Part shown: one piece after another, positions 48,010 to 57,140 of the stretch
Layout: each line of letters starts with the position of its first letter
Numbering within the stretch: the stretch's first letter is position 1
Assembly (NCBI GenBank): GCA_938034905.1
Contig: CALHLF010000010.1
Location: 6,108 to 70,107, forward strand
DNA length: 64,000 nt
From: an uncultured bacterium
GTDB lineage: Bacteria > Dictyoglomota > Dictyoglomia > Dictyoglomales > Dictyoglomaceae
Direction: 5' to 3'
Made by a program: the position numbers and the translations under genes
Notes under the pieces: generated by a model
Database searches by the model: none
Told to the model about the DNA's origin: nothing
What the model saw: the letters and a program-made list of their open reading frames with translations, nothing else

Positions 48010-49338
48010 TCCATTATTTTCAATAACCCTTTTATAAAAATAAGCACTATCCTTCAATATTCTCTTCTGAGTAGAATAATCAACATATACAATTCCAAAT
48101 CTCTTACTATAACCATGGGCCCATTCAAAGTTATCCATCAAACTCCAAACAAAATATCCCCTCAAATCAACTCCATCTCTTATTGCATTATATGCTTCCT
48201 TTATATGTTCCCTTAAATAATCAATTCTCTTTTCATCCTTTACTCTTCCTCCATCTAATACATCATTAAAAGCTGCTCCATTTTCAGTTATATAAATAGG
48301 TTTAGGATAATCTCTATTAAGCCTTATAAGAAGATCATAAAGTCCCTTAGGATATACTTCCCATCCCATCTCAGTTTTCTCATTTTCCGAAGAAACATGT
48401 TTAATTCTCCAATAGGGATTTTCAGAATCTTTCTTAACAATTGCTCTTGTATAATAATTCACTCCAATGAAATCAATAGGAAGACTTATAATCTTAAAAT
48501 CCTCAGAGGAATAATTAAAATTCCATCTATTTTTCTCTATAATTCTCCAAATATCCTCGGGATATTTTCCATAGAAAATAGGATCTAAAAACCATCTATT
48601 AGTAAAACTATCTTGAATTTGGACAGCCTCTTTATCCTCAGGAGTATCACTTGCAGGATATACAGGGGAAAGATTTAATGTAATCCCAATTTTTCCCTTT
48701 GTTCCGTTTTCCCAAAAAGCCTGGACTGCTAATCCATGAGCCAAAAGAAGATTATGGCCTGCAATAAAAGCTCCCTTCATATCCTTCTTTCCTGGAGCAT
48801 GAACCCCAAATCCATATCCCAAAAAGGCACTTACCCATGGTTCGTTCAAAGTAATCCAAATTATGTCTTCCTCTTTAAAGGTTTTGAACATTAAATATGC
48901 ATATTCGGAAAAATATTTTGCAGTATCTTTATTTAGCCATCCTCCTTTATCTTCTAAAGCTTGGGGAAGATCCCAATGATAAAGAGTTATAACTGGCTTT
49001 ATATTTTTTGATAAAAGAGTATCTATAAGTTCTTTATAGAAATTGATCCCTTTTATATTCAAAGAACCTTTACCCTCAGGAAAAATTCTTGACCATGCAA
49101 TAGAGAAGCGGTAAGCATTTAAACCAATAAATTCCATAATTTTTATATCTTCTCTCCATAAGTGATAATGATCACATGCTAAATCTCCATTTTGATTTTG
49201 ATATATAGCTCCAGGAGTATGGGAAAATCTATCCCATATGGTTTCTCCCCTTCCATCCTCATTAGTTGCTCCTTCAATCTGATAAGATGCGGTTGCTGTT
49301 CCCCATAAAAATCCCTTTGGAAAGATATATCTTGCCAA
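47998..49338 (-). CDS. bglA: GH1 beta-glucosidase
   Basis: 446 aa with FPKGFLWGTATASYQIEG, TLNEPW (acid/base Glu) and ITENGAA (nucleophile Glu). Confidence 0.95.
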   Translation of the reverse strand: MARYIFPKGFLWGTATASYQIEGATNEDGRGETIWDRFSHTPGAIYQNQNGDLACDHYHLWREDIKIMEFIGLNAYRFSIAWSRIFPEGKGSLNIKGINFYKELIDTLLSKNIKPVITLYHWDLPQALEDKGGWLNKDTAKYFSEYAYLMFKTFKEEDIIWITLNEPWVSAFLGYGFGVHAPGKKDMKGAFIAGHNLLLAHGLAVQAFWENGTKGKIGITLNLSPVYPASDTPEDKEAVQIQDSFTNRWFLDPIFYGKYPEDIWRIIEKNRWNFNYSSEDFKIISLPIDFIGVNYYTRAIVKKDSENPYWRIKHVSSENEKTEMGWEVYPKGLYDLLIRLNRDYPKPIYITENGAAFNDVLDGGRVKDEKRIDYLREHIKEAYNAIRDGVDLRGYFVWSLMDNFEWAHGYSKRFGIVYVDYSTQKRILKDSAYFYKRVIENNGLED

Positions 49339-49412
49339 GAAATATCACCTCCAAAAAATTTTTTAACCTTCAAATCTTAATTCCTTAATTTTCTCTTTTC
49401 AAGTAAAAATTT

Positions 49413-50249
49413 CTAAAGATTTAGAAGAGCATCAAGACTTGAGGAAAGATGTTTCAATAATACCTCCTGTTTATATTTATATGGAAAAAATTCTGCGATA
49501 AGATAATCATTATAGTTTATCTCTTTTAATGCAGATATCACTGCTTTCCAATTAACATCTCCCTCTAAAGGCAAAACAAATCCAGAAAGGGTTCCCACAT
49601 CAATTTTAAAATCCTTAATATGTATTTTCTTTATATATTTCCCAAGAATTCTTATCCAATGCTCAGGATAACCTGTTAATAGTACATTCCCAGTATCAAG
49701 ATATATTCCTACATATTCTGAGGATATTTTTTCTAAAAATTCTTTAAATTCTATAGGACTAAGCAAAAATTTATTCCATACATTTTCAAGGGCAATATTA
49801 ACTCTATATTCCTCAGCATATTTACTAAGTTCTAATATTGAAGAAAAACATCTATCATATGCAATATCATAGGGGACTATTTCACTATTCTTATCCCAAG
49901 GAATATTTACTATTCCAGGGACAACTAAAATTGTGTCTGCTCCTAATTCCTCTGCAATCTTTAACCCCCTCTTTACAATCTCTTTTCCCATCTCTACCTT
50001 TTTAGGATCATTACTTGTCAATGGATATTGCCAAAGAATACCAAGAGCAATACTGGGAATTTCTATCCCAAGTCCTTCGGACAATTCTCTTATTCTTTTT
50101 ATATCTTCCCTTTCACTTTTAATACTTAATTCTCCTTCAAAACTAAGGGCCAATTCTATCCCTTGGAATTTATAATCCTTTGCAAGCTTAAAAATCTCTT
50201 CTAAGGATAAATTAGGAGAAAAAGCCCATTGATTAATTCCCTTTTTCAT
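49413..50249 (-). CDS. sugar phosphate isomerase/epimerase (xylose isomerase-like TIM barrel)
   Basis: 278 aa with KKGINQWAF, GIELAL, ALENVWN, LDTGN and HIKD patterns. Lies upstream of bglA in the same direction. Confidence 0.8.
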   Translation of the reverse strand: MKKGINQWAFSPNLSLEEIFKLAKDYKFQGIELALSFEGELSIKSEREDIKRIRELSEGLGIEIPSIALGILWQYPLTSNDPKKVEMGKEIVKRGLKIAEELGADTILVVPGIVNIPWDKNSEIVPYDIAYDRCFSSILELSKYAEEYRVNIALENVWNKFLLSPIEFKEFLEKISSEYVGIYLDTGNVLLTGYPEHWIRILGKYIKKIHIKDFKIDVGTLSGFVLPLEGDVNWKAVISALKEINYNDYLIAEFFPYKYKQEVLLKHLSSSLDALLNL

Positions 50250-50398
50250 AAAAAACCTCCTAAAGATAGATTTAACTAACTAATAGAGGAATGTAAAATT
50301 TTGATTGCTTAGTAGGTAATTTTTATGAGAGTGAATTTTAAACTCTATAAAAGCCACCCAAGAAATACTGAAAGAATAGAACTTATTTTAAATTGTAC

Positions 50399-50475
50399 TG
50401 GCTCCTCGGGCAGGATTCGAACCTGCAACCCGCCGGTTAACAGCCGGCCGCTCTACCGTTGAGCTACCGAGGAGC
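50399..50475 (-). tRNA. tRNA-Asn (anticodon GUU), CCA encoded
   Basis: The minus strand reads GCTCCTCGGTAGCTCAACGGTAGAGC GGCCGG CTGTTAA CCGGC..GGTTCGAATCC..GAGGAGCCA, which folds as a cloverleaf. Confidence 0.95.
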
Positions 50476-50487
50476 GAAGTTGATAAA

Positions 50488-50516
50488 ATTATATAAAAGA
50501 ATATGGAAAAAATCAA
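50488..50516 (-). promoter_or_regulatory. sigma-70-like promoter of tRNA-Asn
   Basis: Minus strand TTGATT, 17-nt spacer, TATAAT, ending 12 nt before the tRNA 5' end. Confidence 0.5.
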
Positions 50517-50532
50517 TACCTTAATAGACCCC

Positions 50533-51555
50533 TTACTCTCCTAAATATTCTTTAACAAGTTTTATATTCTCCTCTATAAGATCAGGAATGGGAAGTCCAT
50601 AGGGACATCTTGGAAGACACTTTCCACATCTTGTGCAATTCTGAGCTTTTAGATAAGCATCATAAAACCATCCACTACTTATATTATCCCGGGACAATCT
50701 TTTTATGAAGGAATCTGCTCTAATAATTACGGAAATAGGTATTCCCTGAGGACAAGGTTGACAGTAATCACATCTTCTACAGAAGATTTGTCCAAGTTCT
50801 TTTCTTGTTCGCTCAATTTCCTCCCATTCTTCATAAGTTAACGGGGAAGGATCCATAGCAATTTTCACATTTTCCTCCACCTCTTCTATAGTTTCCATTC
50901 CTGGATCGGGAATGATAAATTCCTTCTGTAAAACGAATTTCAAGGCAAGCTTTGGATTAGGAAGAACTCCACCTCCTATTGGTTTCATAGCAATAATTCC
51001 AATATCTCTTTCAAGAGCCATGGAAAAAATTTTTTCTTCTACTTTTGTCTCTATAAAGTTATAACATAACTGAACTACATCGAATCTATCAGTAGCAATT
51101 AACTCTTCTAATAAGTCAGTACTATGGCTTGATACAGCAATAAAATCAATAAGTCCCTCCTCCTTTGCTTTTAAAAGACCATAATAGGCACCATCAGAGG
51201 AAAACACTTTATTAAAACTCTCTTTATCATTTACCCCATGAAGATGATAGATATCAATCTTTTCTACCTCTAAATTTTTTAAACTAATTTTTATATCCTC
51301 ATAAATTCCATCTTTTGTCCTATTGGGAGACTTAGAGGAAATATATACCTTTTTGTTAATCCCCTTTATCGCTTTTCCAATTTTAATCTCACTATCTCTA
51401 TATCCCCTTGCAGTATCAATTAAGTTAACTCCTAATTCAATTGCCCTTCTTACAACCCTTATCGCCTCTTCTTCACTTATTCTTTGAATGGGAATTCCAC
51501 CAAAGGCAATGGGAAAAACTTCAATATTTGTTCTTCCAAGTCTTCTGTATTTCAT
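50533..51555 (-). CDS. aldo/keto reductase fused to a C-terminal 2x[4Fe-4S]-type Cys cluster domain
   Basis: AKR N-terminus (MKYRRLGRTNIEVFPIAFGG, IDTARGY) plus CRRCDYCQPCP and CTRCGKCLPRCP. Confidence 0.85.
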   Translation of the reverse strand: MKYRRLGRTNIEVFPIAFGGIPIQRISEEEAIRVVRRAIELGVNLIDTARGYRDSEIKIGKAIKGINKKVYISSKSPNRTKDGIYEDIKISLKNLEVEKIDIYHLHGVNDKESFNKVFSSDGAYYGLLKAKEEGLIDFIAVSSHSTDLLEELIATDRFDVVQLCYNFIETKVEEKIFSMALERDIGIIAMKPIGGGVLPNPKLALKFVLQKEFIIPDPGMETIEEVEENVKIAMDPSPLTYEEWEEIERTRKELGQIFCRRCDYCQPCPQGIPISVIIRADSFIKRLSRDNISSGWFYDAYLKAQNCTRCGKCLPRCPYGLPIPDLIEENIKLVKEYLGE

Positions 51556-51587
51556 ATAACAACCTCCCTAATTTTAACTTTCCTTTA

Positions 51588-51616
51588 ATAATATTGAAAA
51601 TTTAACATCAGGACAA
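51588..51616 (-). promoter_or_regulatory. candidate promoter of the AKR-ferredoxin gene
   Basis: Minus strand ATTACCCTTGTCC, 17-nt spacer, TATTAT. It mirrors the tctC promoter. Confidence 0.45.
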
Positions 51617-51671
51617 GGGTAATGATTAATGATAATTTTGAATTTTTAGTCTGAGCTTCAAATTATTACCC

Positions 51672-51700
51672 TTGACATTTAATCCTTCATATGTTAGTAT
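51672..51700 (+). promoter_or_regulatory. sigma-70-like promoter of the tctCBA-isomerase-crotonase-cupin-BKACE operon
   Basis: TTGACA (51672-51677), 17-nt spacer, TAGTAT (51695-51700). The -10 overlaps the 13-bp box. Confidence 0.55.
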
Positions 51701-51709
51701 ACAGTATAC
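51697..51709. promoter_or_regulatory. 13-bp box GTATACAGTATAC (site 1, perfect): candidate GntR operator
   Basis: Two GTATAC palindromic hexamers spaced 7 bp apart, overlapping the -10/+1 of the tctC promoter. Confidence 0.6.
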
Positions 51710-51826
51710 AAAGCAACAATAAATTATTTAAAAAGTTTTCAAAATTATATGTAAGGAGGTGAGAAGTTTAAGTATATTTCATCTTTCCTTTTTACATAAT
51801 AATCTCTTAAGGAGGGAGATATCAAA

Positions 51827-52837
51827 ATGTTTAAAAAATTAAATCTGATTCTTGTTATAATTTCACTTTTGGGATTGTTATTTCTCTCAACTAATATAGC
51901 TGCAGAATGGCCTAGAAGACCAATTACTATAGCATGTTTTGCAGCAGCAGGGGGAGGAACTGATCTAACTAATAGAACCCTTGCAGGGGTAATGGAAAAA
52001 TATTTAAAAGTCCCAATAAATGTAGTTAATATGACTGGAGCAGGGGGAGCTGAAGCTGTAAACTATGTATGGCAACAAAAGCATGATGGTTATACGTGGC
52101 TTGGCCATTCTGAAGGAATACTACTTATGCCACTAATGGGAGCCTTTCCACATACTACAAAGGTCTGGGAAAGTTTTATACTTTGTGGTTCACCAGAACT
52201 CTTCTCTGTAAGAAGTGATTCTCCCTATAAAACAATGGCAGAAGTTTTAGAGGCAGCAAAAACAAAAGAAATTAAAGTTGGTGCATCAATCCCAGGAGCT
52301 ATTCACCATATGAAACTAATGTATTTAGTAAGGGTAACAGGGCTTAAATTTAAATATGTCCCATATCCTGGAAGTTATCCTTCTCAAGTAGCTTGTTTGG
52401 CTGGAGAAGTAGATGCAGTAATGACATCTTTGCAAGAGCAAAGTGAGCTTTTAAAGGCTGGGAAATTGAGAGCTCTTGCAGCAATAGAAAAAACAGCCTT
52501 AGATGTTCCCGGAATTGGAAAAATACCATCTATTGTGGATTGGGTACCACAATTTAAGAAAATTCCTGAAATTAAGCAGATGTTAGGCTTTTCTGTTCCT
52601 TATGATGTTCCTGCGGATGTAATAACTAAAATTAGAACTGCTTATATATATGCCCTAAGATCAGAAGAGGTCAAAAACTTTATAGATAAAAATTATCTTA
52701 TACTATATGGACTCTATGGAACAAGGGCTAAATCATTTATTCAAAAGTTAGAAAGTATATTTGCATGGCTTGCATGGGAAGCAGGACTTGTTAAAGAATC
52801 TCCTGAAAAGTTTGATATACCAAAGCCAGCATTTTAG
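51827..52837 (+). CDS. tctC: tripartite tricarboxylate transporter substrate-binding protein (TctC/Bug family)
   Basis: Signal peptide and AAGGGTDLTNRTLA...VVNMTGAGGAEA...DGYTWLG, typical of Bug/TctC. Confidence 0.85.
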   Translation: MFKKLNLILVIISLLGLLFLSTNIAAEWPRRPITIACFAAAGGGTDLTNRTLAGVMEKYLKVPINVVNMTGAGGAEAVNYVWQQKHDGYTWLGHSEGILLMPLMGAFPHTTKVWESFILCGSPELFSVRSDSPYKTMAEVLEAAKTKEIKVGASIPGAIHHMKLMYLVRVTGLKFKYVPYPGSYPSQVACLAGEVDAVMTSLQEQSELLKAGKLRALAAIEKTALDVPGIGKIPSIVDWVPQFKKIPEIKQMLGFSVPYDVPADVITKIRTAYIYALRSEEVKNFIDKNYLILYGLYGTRAKSFIQKLESIFAWLAWEAGLVKESPEKFDIPKPAF

Positions 52838-52850
52838 TTGAGGTATATCT

Positions 52851-53348
52851 ATGCTTAAAAAAGAATCTTTAAGAAAAGCAGATGTTATATCTTCCATAAT
52901 ATTGATAATATTAGGGATCTACGTTATAAAAGAAGCTTTAAAAATGCCAGCAACAGGACTTCCAGGTACGGTAGAACAGGAGTTCTATCTGGCACCAGGT
53001 TTTTTCCCAATTATTGTAGCTATAGTATTAATAATTATGGGTTTATTTTTGTTAATAAATGGAATAAGGTCTGGAGGGAGAATCTCAAAAGATGATTTGA
53101 GAAAATTTGTAAAAATATTTACATCAAAAAATGCTATAAGATCTATAGTAATAACAGCTCTAATAATTATATATACCATCATATTGTTAGGAAGGATACC
53201 TTTCTTTTGGGCAACTTTTATCTTCTTAGCAGGTTCCATGTTTTTTCTTAAAGCAGGCTCTTGGTGGAGTATACTCCTGATTTCTACTATAGGTTCTCTA
53301 ATAATACAATACTGTTTCGGAACCTTAGCGAGAATCCCCCTCCCATAG
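52851..53348 (+). CDS. tctB: tripartite tricarboxylate transporter small membrane subunit TctB
   Basis: 165 aa with 4 TM helices, positioned between tctC and tctA. Confidence 0.7.
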   Translation: MLKKESLRKADVISSIILIILGIYVIKEALKMPATGLPGTVEQEFYLAPGFFPIIVAIVLIIMGLFLLINGIRSGGRISKDDLRKFVKIFTSKNAIRSIVITALIIIYTIILLGRIPFFWATFIFLAGSMFFLKAGSWWSILLISTIGSLIIQYCFGTLARIPLP

Positions 53349-53358
53349 GGGGATTCTC
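53330..53358 (+). other. strong intercistronic stem-loop spanning the tctB stop codon
   Basis: GAGAATCCCCC tcccata GGGGGATTCTC. An 11-bp perfect stem with no following T-run, 27 nt upstream of the tctA start. Confidence 0.7.
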
Positions 53359-53385
53359 CATATAATTAGATGGGAGGATAAATTA

Positions 53386-54894
53386 ATGGGGCTATTTATA
53401 TTTTTTCAGGAACTTATTAATCTAATTACTAATGGACAAATTTTATTTTTAATGTTTATATCCACTATTTTAGGAATAATAATTGGAGCTTTACCAGGTC
53501 TTACTGCTACTATGGGAATTGCCCTTCTAACAGGAATTACCTTTGGTCTCCCTGCTAAATTAGCTGTTCCTATTTTAATATCTATATATGATGGTGCTAT
53601 ATTTGGAGGATCTATAGCTGCTGTCTTAATAAATATTCCAGGGACTCCTGCTTCTGCAGCTACAGCTCTCGATGGATATCCTTTGGCAAAACAGGGAAAA
53701 GCAAAGGAAGCATTACTTATAACAAGAATTGCATCATTTATAGGAAGTTTATTTGGAATGATATGTCTCTTAGAGATTGCTCCTTTGTTAAGTAAAGTTG
53801 CATTACAATTTACCTCTCCAGAATTCGCTTTATTGGCCCTCTTTGGAATAACTATTTGTGGTTCCTTAACAGCACCAGATTTAGCAATAAAAGGTTGGAT
53901 TGCTGGGTTTTTAGGAATTTTAGTTTCATGTATTGGGATGGATGGTCTTCATGGATTTCCAAGATTTACCTTTAATATACCAGAACTTCTCGGAGGAATA
54001 GCCTATGTACCAGCTATGATAGGTGTATTTGGAATACCTCAAGTTCTTATTTCTTTAAGATATTCTACTGGAGAAATGGCAAGAATTATAGAAGTAAAGA
54101 CCAAATTAATGAATATATTAAGGATAATAAAAAATCATATTTTTTGTGTATTGAGATCAGGAGTGATAGGTGTATATGTAGGAACAATTCCAGGGGTTGG
54201 AGAGGATGTTGCATCATGGCTTTCTTATGATACAGCAAAAAGAAGCAGTAAAAACTCTGAATCCTTTGGAAAAGGAGCCTACGAAGGAATTATAGCTTCA
54301 GAAACAGCAAATAACGCTTGCATAGGTGGAGCTATAATTCCTCTATTGACCTTAGGAATTCCTGGCAGTCCTCCTGCTGCGGTACTTCTTGGAGCATTAC
54401 TTCTTCATGGTATAAGGCCTGGTCCCATGTTACAGTTTGAATTTCCCAATTTTATATACGAAATGTCAGCATTACTGGCTATAGCAAGCTTTCTTTTATT
54501 AATTTGTGGAACATTAATGACAAGCATTTTAGTGCCCATATTAAGAAGAACAAAAAATGAAATCCTTATGCCTATAGTTGCTACTCTCTGTGTAATAGGT
54601 GCTTATGCCATAAATATAAGTCTTTTTGATATTAAAGTTATGGTAATTTTGGGACTTCTTGGTTATATTCTTGTAGAAATGGGATATCCCATGGCACCCT
54701 TTGTTTTAGGAGTTATTTTAGGGCCAATGATTGATGTAAATTTAAGAAGAACTTTACTTACCTCAAATGGAAGCTTACTTCCCTTTGTTACCCGCCCAGT
54801 GAGTATAATACTTTTAATACTTATTGCTTTCTCCTTCATCTCTCAAACCTCTTGGTGGAAAAATAGAAAAAAGAAAGGAGTAAAGGTATCATGA
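53386..54894 (+). CDS. tctA: tripartite tricarboxylate transporter large permease TctA
   Basis: 502 aa, multi-TM, with GALPGLTATMGIALL, NIPGTPASAATALDGYPLAKQG and GIPGSPPAAVLLGAL motifs. Confidence 0.9.
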   Translation: MGLFIFFQELINLITNGQILFLMFISTILGIIIGALPGLTATMGIALLTGITFGLPAKLAVPILISIYDGAIFGGSIAAVLINIPGTPASAATALDGYPLAKQGKAKEALLITRIASFIGSLFGMICLLEIAPLLSKVALQFTSPEFALLALFGITICGSLTAPDLAIKGWIAGFLGILVSCIGMDGLHGFPRFTFNIPELLGGIAYVPAMIGVFGIPQVLISLRYSTGEMARIIEVKTKLMNILRIIKNHIFCVLRSGVIGVYVGTIPGVGEDVASWLSYDTAKRSSKNSESFGKGAYEGIIASETANNACIGGAIIPLLTLGIPGSPPAAVLLGALLLHGIRPGPMLQFEFPNFIYEMSALLAIASFLLLICGTLMTSILVPILRRTKNEILMPIVATLCVIGAYAINISLFDIKVMVILGLLGYILVEMGYPMAPFVLGVILGPMIDVNLRRTLLTSNGSLLPFVTRPVSIILLILIAFSFISQTSWWKNRKKKGVKVS

Positions 54895-55853
54895 GACCAA
54901 AATATTCTGTTATTACTGGTTTTCTTGGGAGACTTACTGATAGGTTTGCAGAATACCAACCTCCAAGATCCTTAGAGGAAAAATTTGAATTAGCTAAAAA
55001 AATTTCTAAATGTTCTGGTTTAGAGTTAATCTATCCTTCTGACTTTTCTGATCCTATCCTCTTAAAAAAATTACTAAAAGATTATAATCTTGAAGCTTCT
55101 GCGGTAAATCTAAATGTAAAGAGTGAAGAAAAATGGAGATTTGGATCTTTCTCTTCAAAAGATAAGAAGGTAAGAGATGAAGCAATAAAATATATGAAAT
55201 CTGCTATGGATTTTGCAGTAGAATTGGGATGTAATTTAGTCACTTGTGCCCTTCTAAATGATGGAAATGATTATCCCTTTGAGGTAGATTACATTAAGGC
55301 ATGGGAGGCTACTGTAGATTCTATTAGAGAATGTGCAGATTATAGGAAGGATGTAAAGATTAGTATTGAATATAAGCTTTGTGAACCAAGAATGCATGTA
55401 ATTATAGGAAATGCAGGTAAGGCTGCCTTTTTCTGTGATCAGGTAGGTAGAGAAAATGTTGGAGTAACCTTAGATGTAGGACATGCTTTTCAATCCTTAG
55501 AAAATCCTGCTGAAAGCTTAGCAGTACTTGGGAGCACAGGAAAACTTTTTTATGTGCATATAAACGATAATTACAGAAATTGGGATTGGGATATGATACC
55601 AGGCACTGTAAATTTTTGGGAGTATATAGAGTTTGCATTGTATCTTAGAAAAATTGGCTATAATTCCTGGATTACTGCAGACGTTTTCCCTCAAAGATTG
55701 GATCCAGTAAAAGTCTTTACAAAAACCTTTGAGTGGATGGATTTATTATTTGATATTGCAGAAGAATTAGAAAGAAGAAATATCTTTGAGCTTATTGAAA
55801 AGGGAGATATTCTTGAAACATTGTCATTAATTAATTCTGTATTGAAAGGTTAA
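54891..55853 (+). CDS. sugar (phosphate) isomerase/epimerase, xylose isomerase-like TIM barrel
   Basis: 320 aa with IEYKLCEP, LDVGHA and HINDN metal-ligand-like pattern. Overlaps the tctA stop by 4 nt. Confidence 0.75.
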   Translation: MRPKYSVITGFLGRLTDRFAEYQPPRSLEEKFELAKKISKCSGLELIYPSDFSDPILLKKLLKDYNLEASAVNLNVKSEEKWRFGSFSSKDKKVRDEAIKYMKSAMDFAVELGCNLVTCALLNDGNDYPFEVDYIKAWEATVDSIRECADYRKDVKISIEYKLCEPRMHVIIGNAGKAAFFCDQVGRENVGVTLDVGHAFQSLENPAESLAVLGSTGKLFYVHINDNYRNWDWDMIPGTVNFWEYIEFALYLRKIGYNSWITADVFPQRLDPVKVFTKTFEWMDLLFDIAEELERRNIFELIEKGDILETLSLINSVLKG

Positions 55854-55866
55854 ATCGAAAGGAAAA

Positions 55867-56592
55867 ATGACTAAGTTTATAGAGGTAGAAGAAAGGTCTC
55901 CCCTATTGATATTAAGATTAAACCGGCCTGAATTTCAAAATAGATTAAATATAGAAATGATGGAAGAGATAATTTCTCACTTAGATAAAGCAGAAAAAGA
56001 TGCTAATATAAAGGTTGTAGTGTTATCTTCTAAGGGAAATATTTTCTGTGCAGGAGGAGATTTAGGGAATTATAAAAAGGTCTCAGAGTTAAGAAGATTT
56101 GGAGAAAGATTTATTAAGCTACACCTAAGAATTGTTAAGCTAAACAAACCAGTTATTTGTGCAATAGAAGGGGGAGCTTATGGGGGTGGCTTAAGCTTAG
56201 TAGATGCTTGTGATCTTGCTGTTGCATCCCAAAATGCGACCTTTGGTTTTCCTGAAATTAGATCTAATTTAGCTCCAATGATGTCTTTGGCAGGTATAGG
56301 AAGAACTATAAGTAGAAAAACTATAAATGAATTATCTTTAACAGCCAAAGAAATTTCTGCAGAGGAAGCTAAAAAACTTGGAATAATAAATCAAATCGTA
56401 GAAGATGGAAAAGCAGAAGAAGTTGTAATTGATTTAGCTCTTGAGATCTCTAAAAAAGATAGTTCTGCTATCTCGTTTTATAAATATCTTTTTGGACATC
56501 TTTATGAAAAAGATTTTGAGGAAAGGATGGAAAAGGGCTTAAATGTATTGATCAATTTGTTAAAAGAGAAGGAGGAAACTAATTTTAAATGA
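55867..56592 (+). CDS. enoyl-CoA hydratase/isomerase (crotonase) superfamily protein
   Basis: 241 aa with FCAGGDLG and GGAYGGGLSLVDACDLAVAS..ATFGFPEI oxyanion-hole motifs. Confidence 0.85.
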   Translation: MTKFIEVEERSPLLILRLNRPEFQNRLNIEMMEEIISHLDKAEKDANIKVVVLSSKGNIFCAGGDLGNYKKVSELRRFGERFIKLHLRIVKLNKPVICAIEGGAYGGGLSLVDACDLAVASQNATFGFPEIRSNLAPMMSLAGIGRTISRKTINELSLTAKEISAEEAKKLGIINQIVEDGKAEEVVIDLALEISKKDSSAISFYKYLFGHLYEKDFEERMEKGLNVLINLLKEKEETNFK

Positions 56593-57137
56593 TTACTAAG
56601 AGACAATATTTAGAATATAAAGAGCTTGGCATAAAATATCTTGAGAAGGCTTATGTAATAATAAGAGAAGATGAAAAGGAAAAAATAGAAGTGGCAGATT
56701 TTGGATTAAGTGATCTTGATAATTTTGCTATAATAACTTTAACCTTCTTTAATACGGAGAGAATTAGTGCAAAAGTAATAGTAGTTCCTCCAAGAAGAAT
56801 ATGCCCAGAACATTGGCATCCCCCCGTTGTCCATGACCCTGGAAAGGAAGAAATCATGAGATTAAGATGGGGAACTCTTTATTTGTATGTGGAGGGAGAA
56901 AAAACTTCAAATCCCAAAGCTAAGTTACCAGAGTATAGAAGAAAGTATTTTACTGTCTGGCATGAAATTATCATGAAACCAGGGGATCAATATTATCTTC
57001 CTCCTGGAGTTAAACACTGGTTTCAAGCAGGAGACGAAGGTGCTGTAATAGATGATTATTCTACATGTTCCCGAGATGCTTTAGATCAATTTACTGATCC
57101 AGATATTGTTAGAATTCCAGTAATAAAGGAGGAGTAA
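56589..57137 (+). CDS. cupin-fold sugar isomerase (D-lyxose/D-mannose isomerase-like)
   Basis: 182 aa. CPEHWHP....GKEE..RLRWGTLYLYV...KHWFQAG resembles the H-x-H / K-x-E / H cupin metal site of lyxose isomerases. Assignment is tentative. Confidence 0.5.
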   Translation: MITKRQYLEYKELGIKYLEKAYVIIREDEKEKIEVADFGLSDLDNFAIITLTFFNTERISAKVIVVPPRRICPEHWHPPVVHDPGKEEIMRLRWGTLYLYVEGEKTSNPKAKLPEYRRKYFTVWHEIIMKPGDQYYLPPGVKHWFQAGDEGAVIDDYSTCSRDALDQFTDPDIVRIPVIKEE

Positions 57138-57140
57138 TTA

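Noticed and set aside
51749-51826. Extra strong SD (AAGGAGG, 51753-51759) and an ATG-TAA mini-ORF in the tctC leader, as a possible uORF or leader peptide
   Set aside because: No start codon sits at a functional distance downstream of the SD. ATG-TAA encodes only Met. I cannot support a regulatory uORF from sequence alone.
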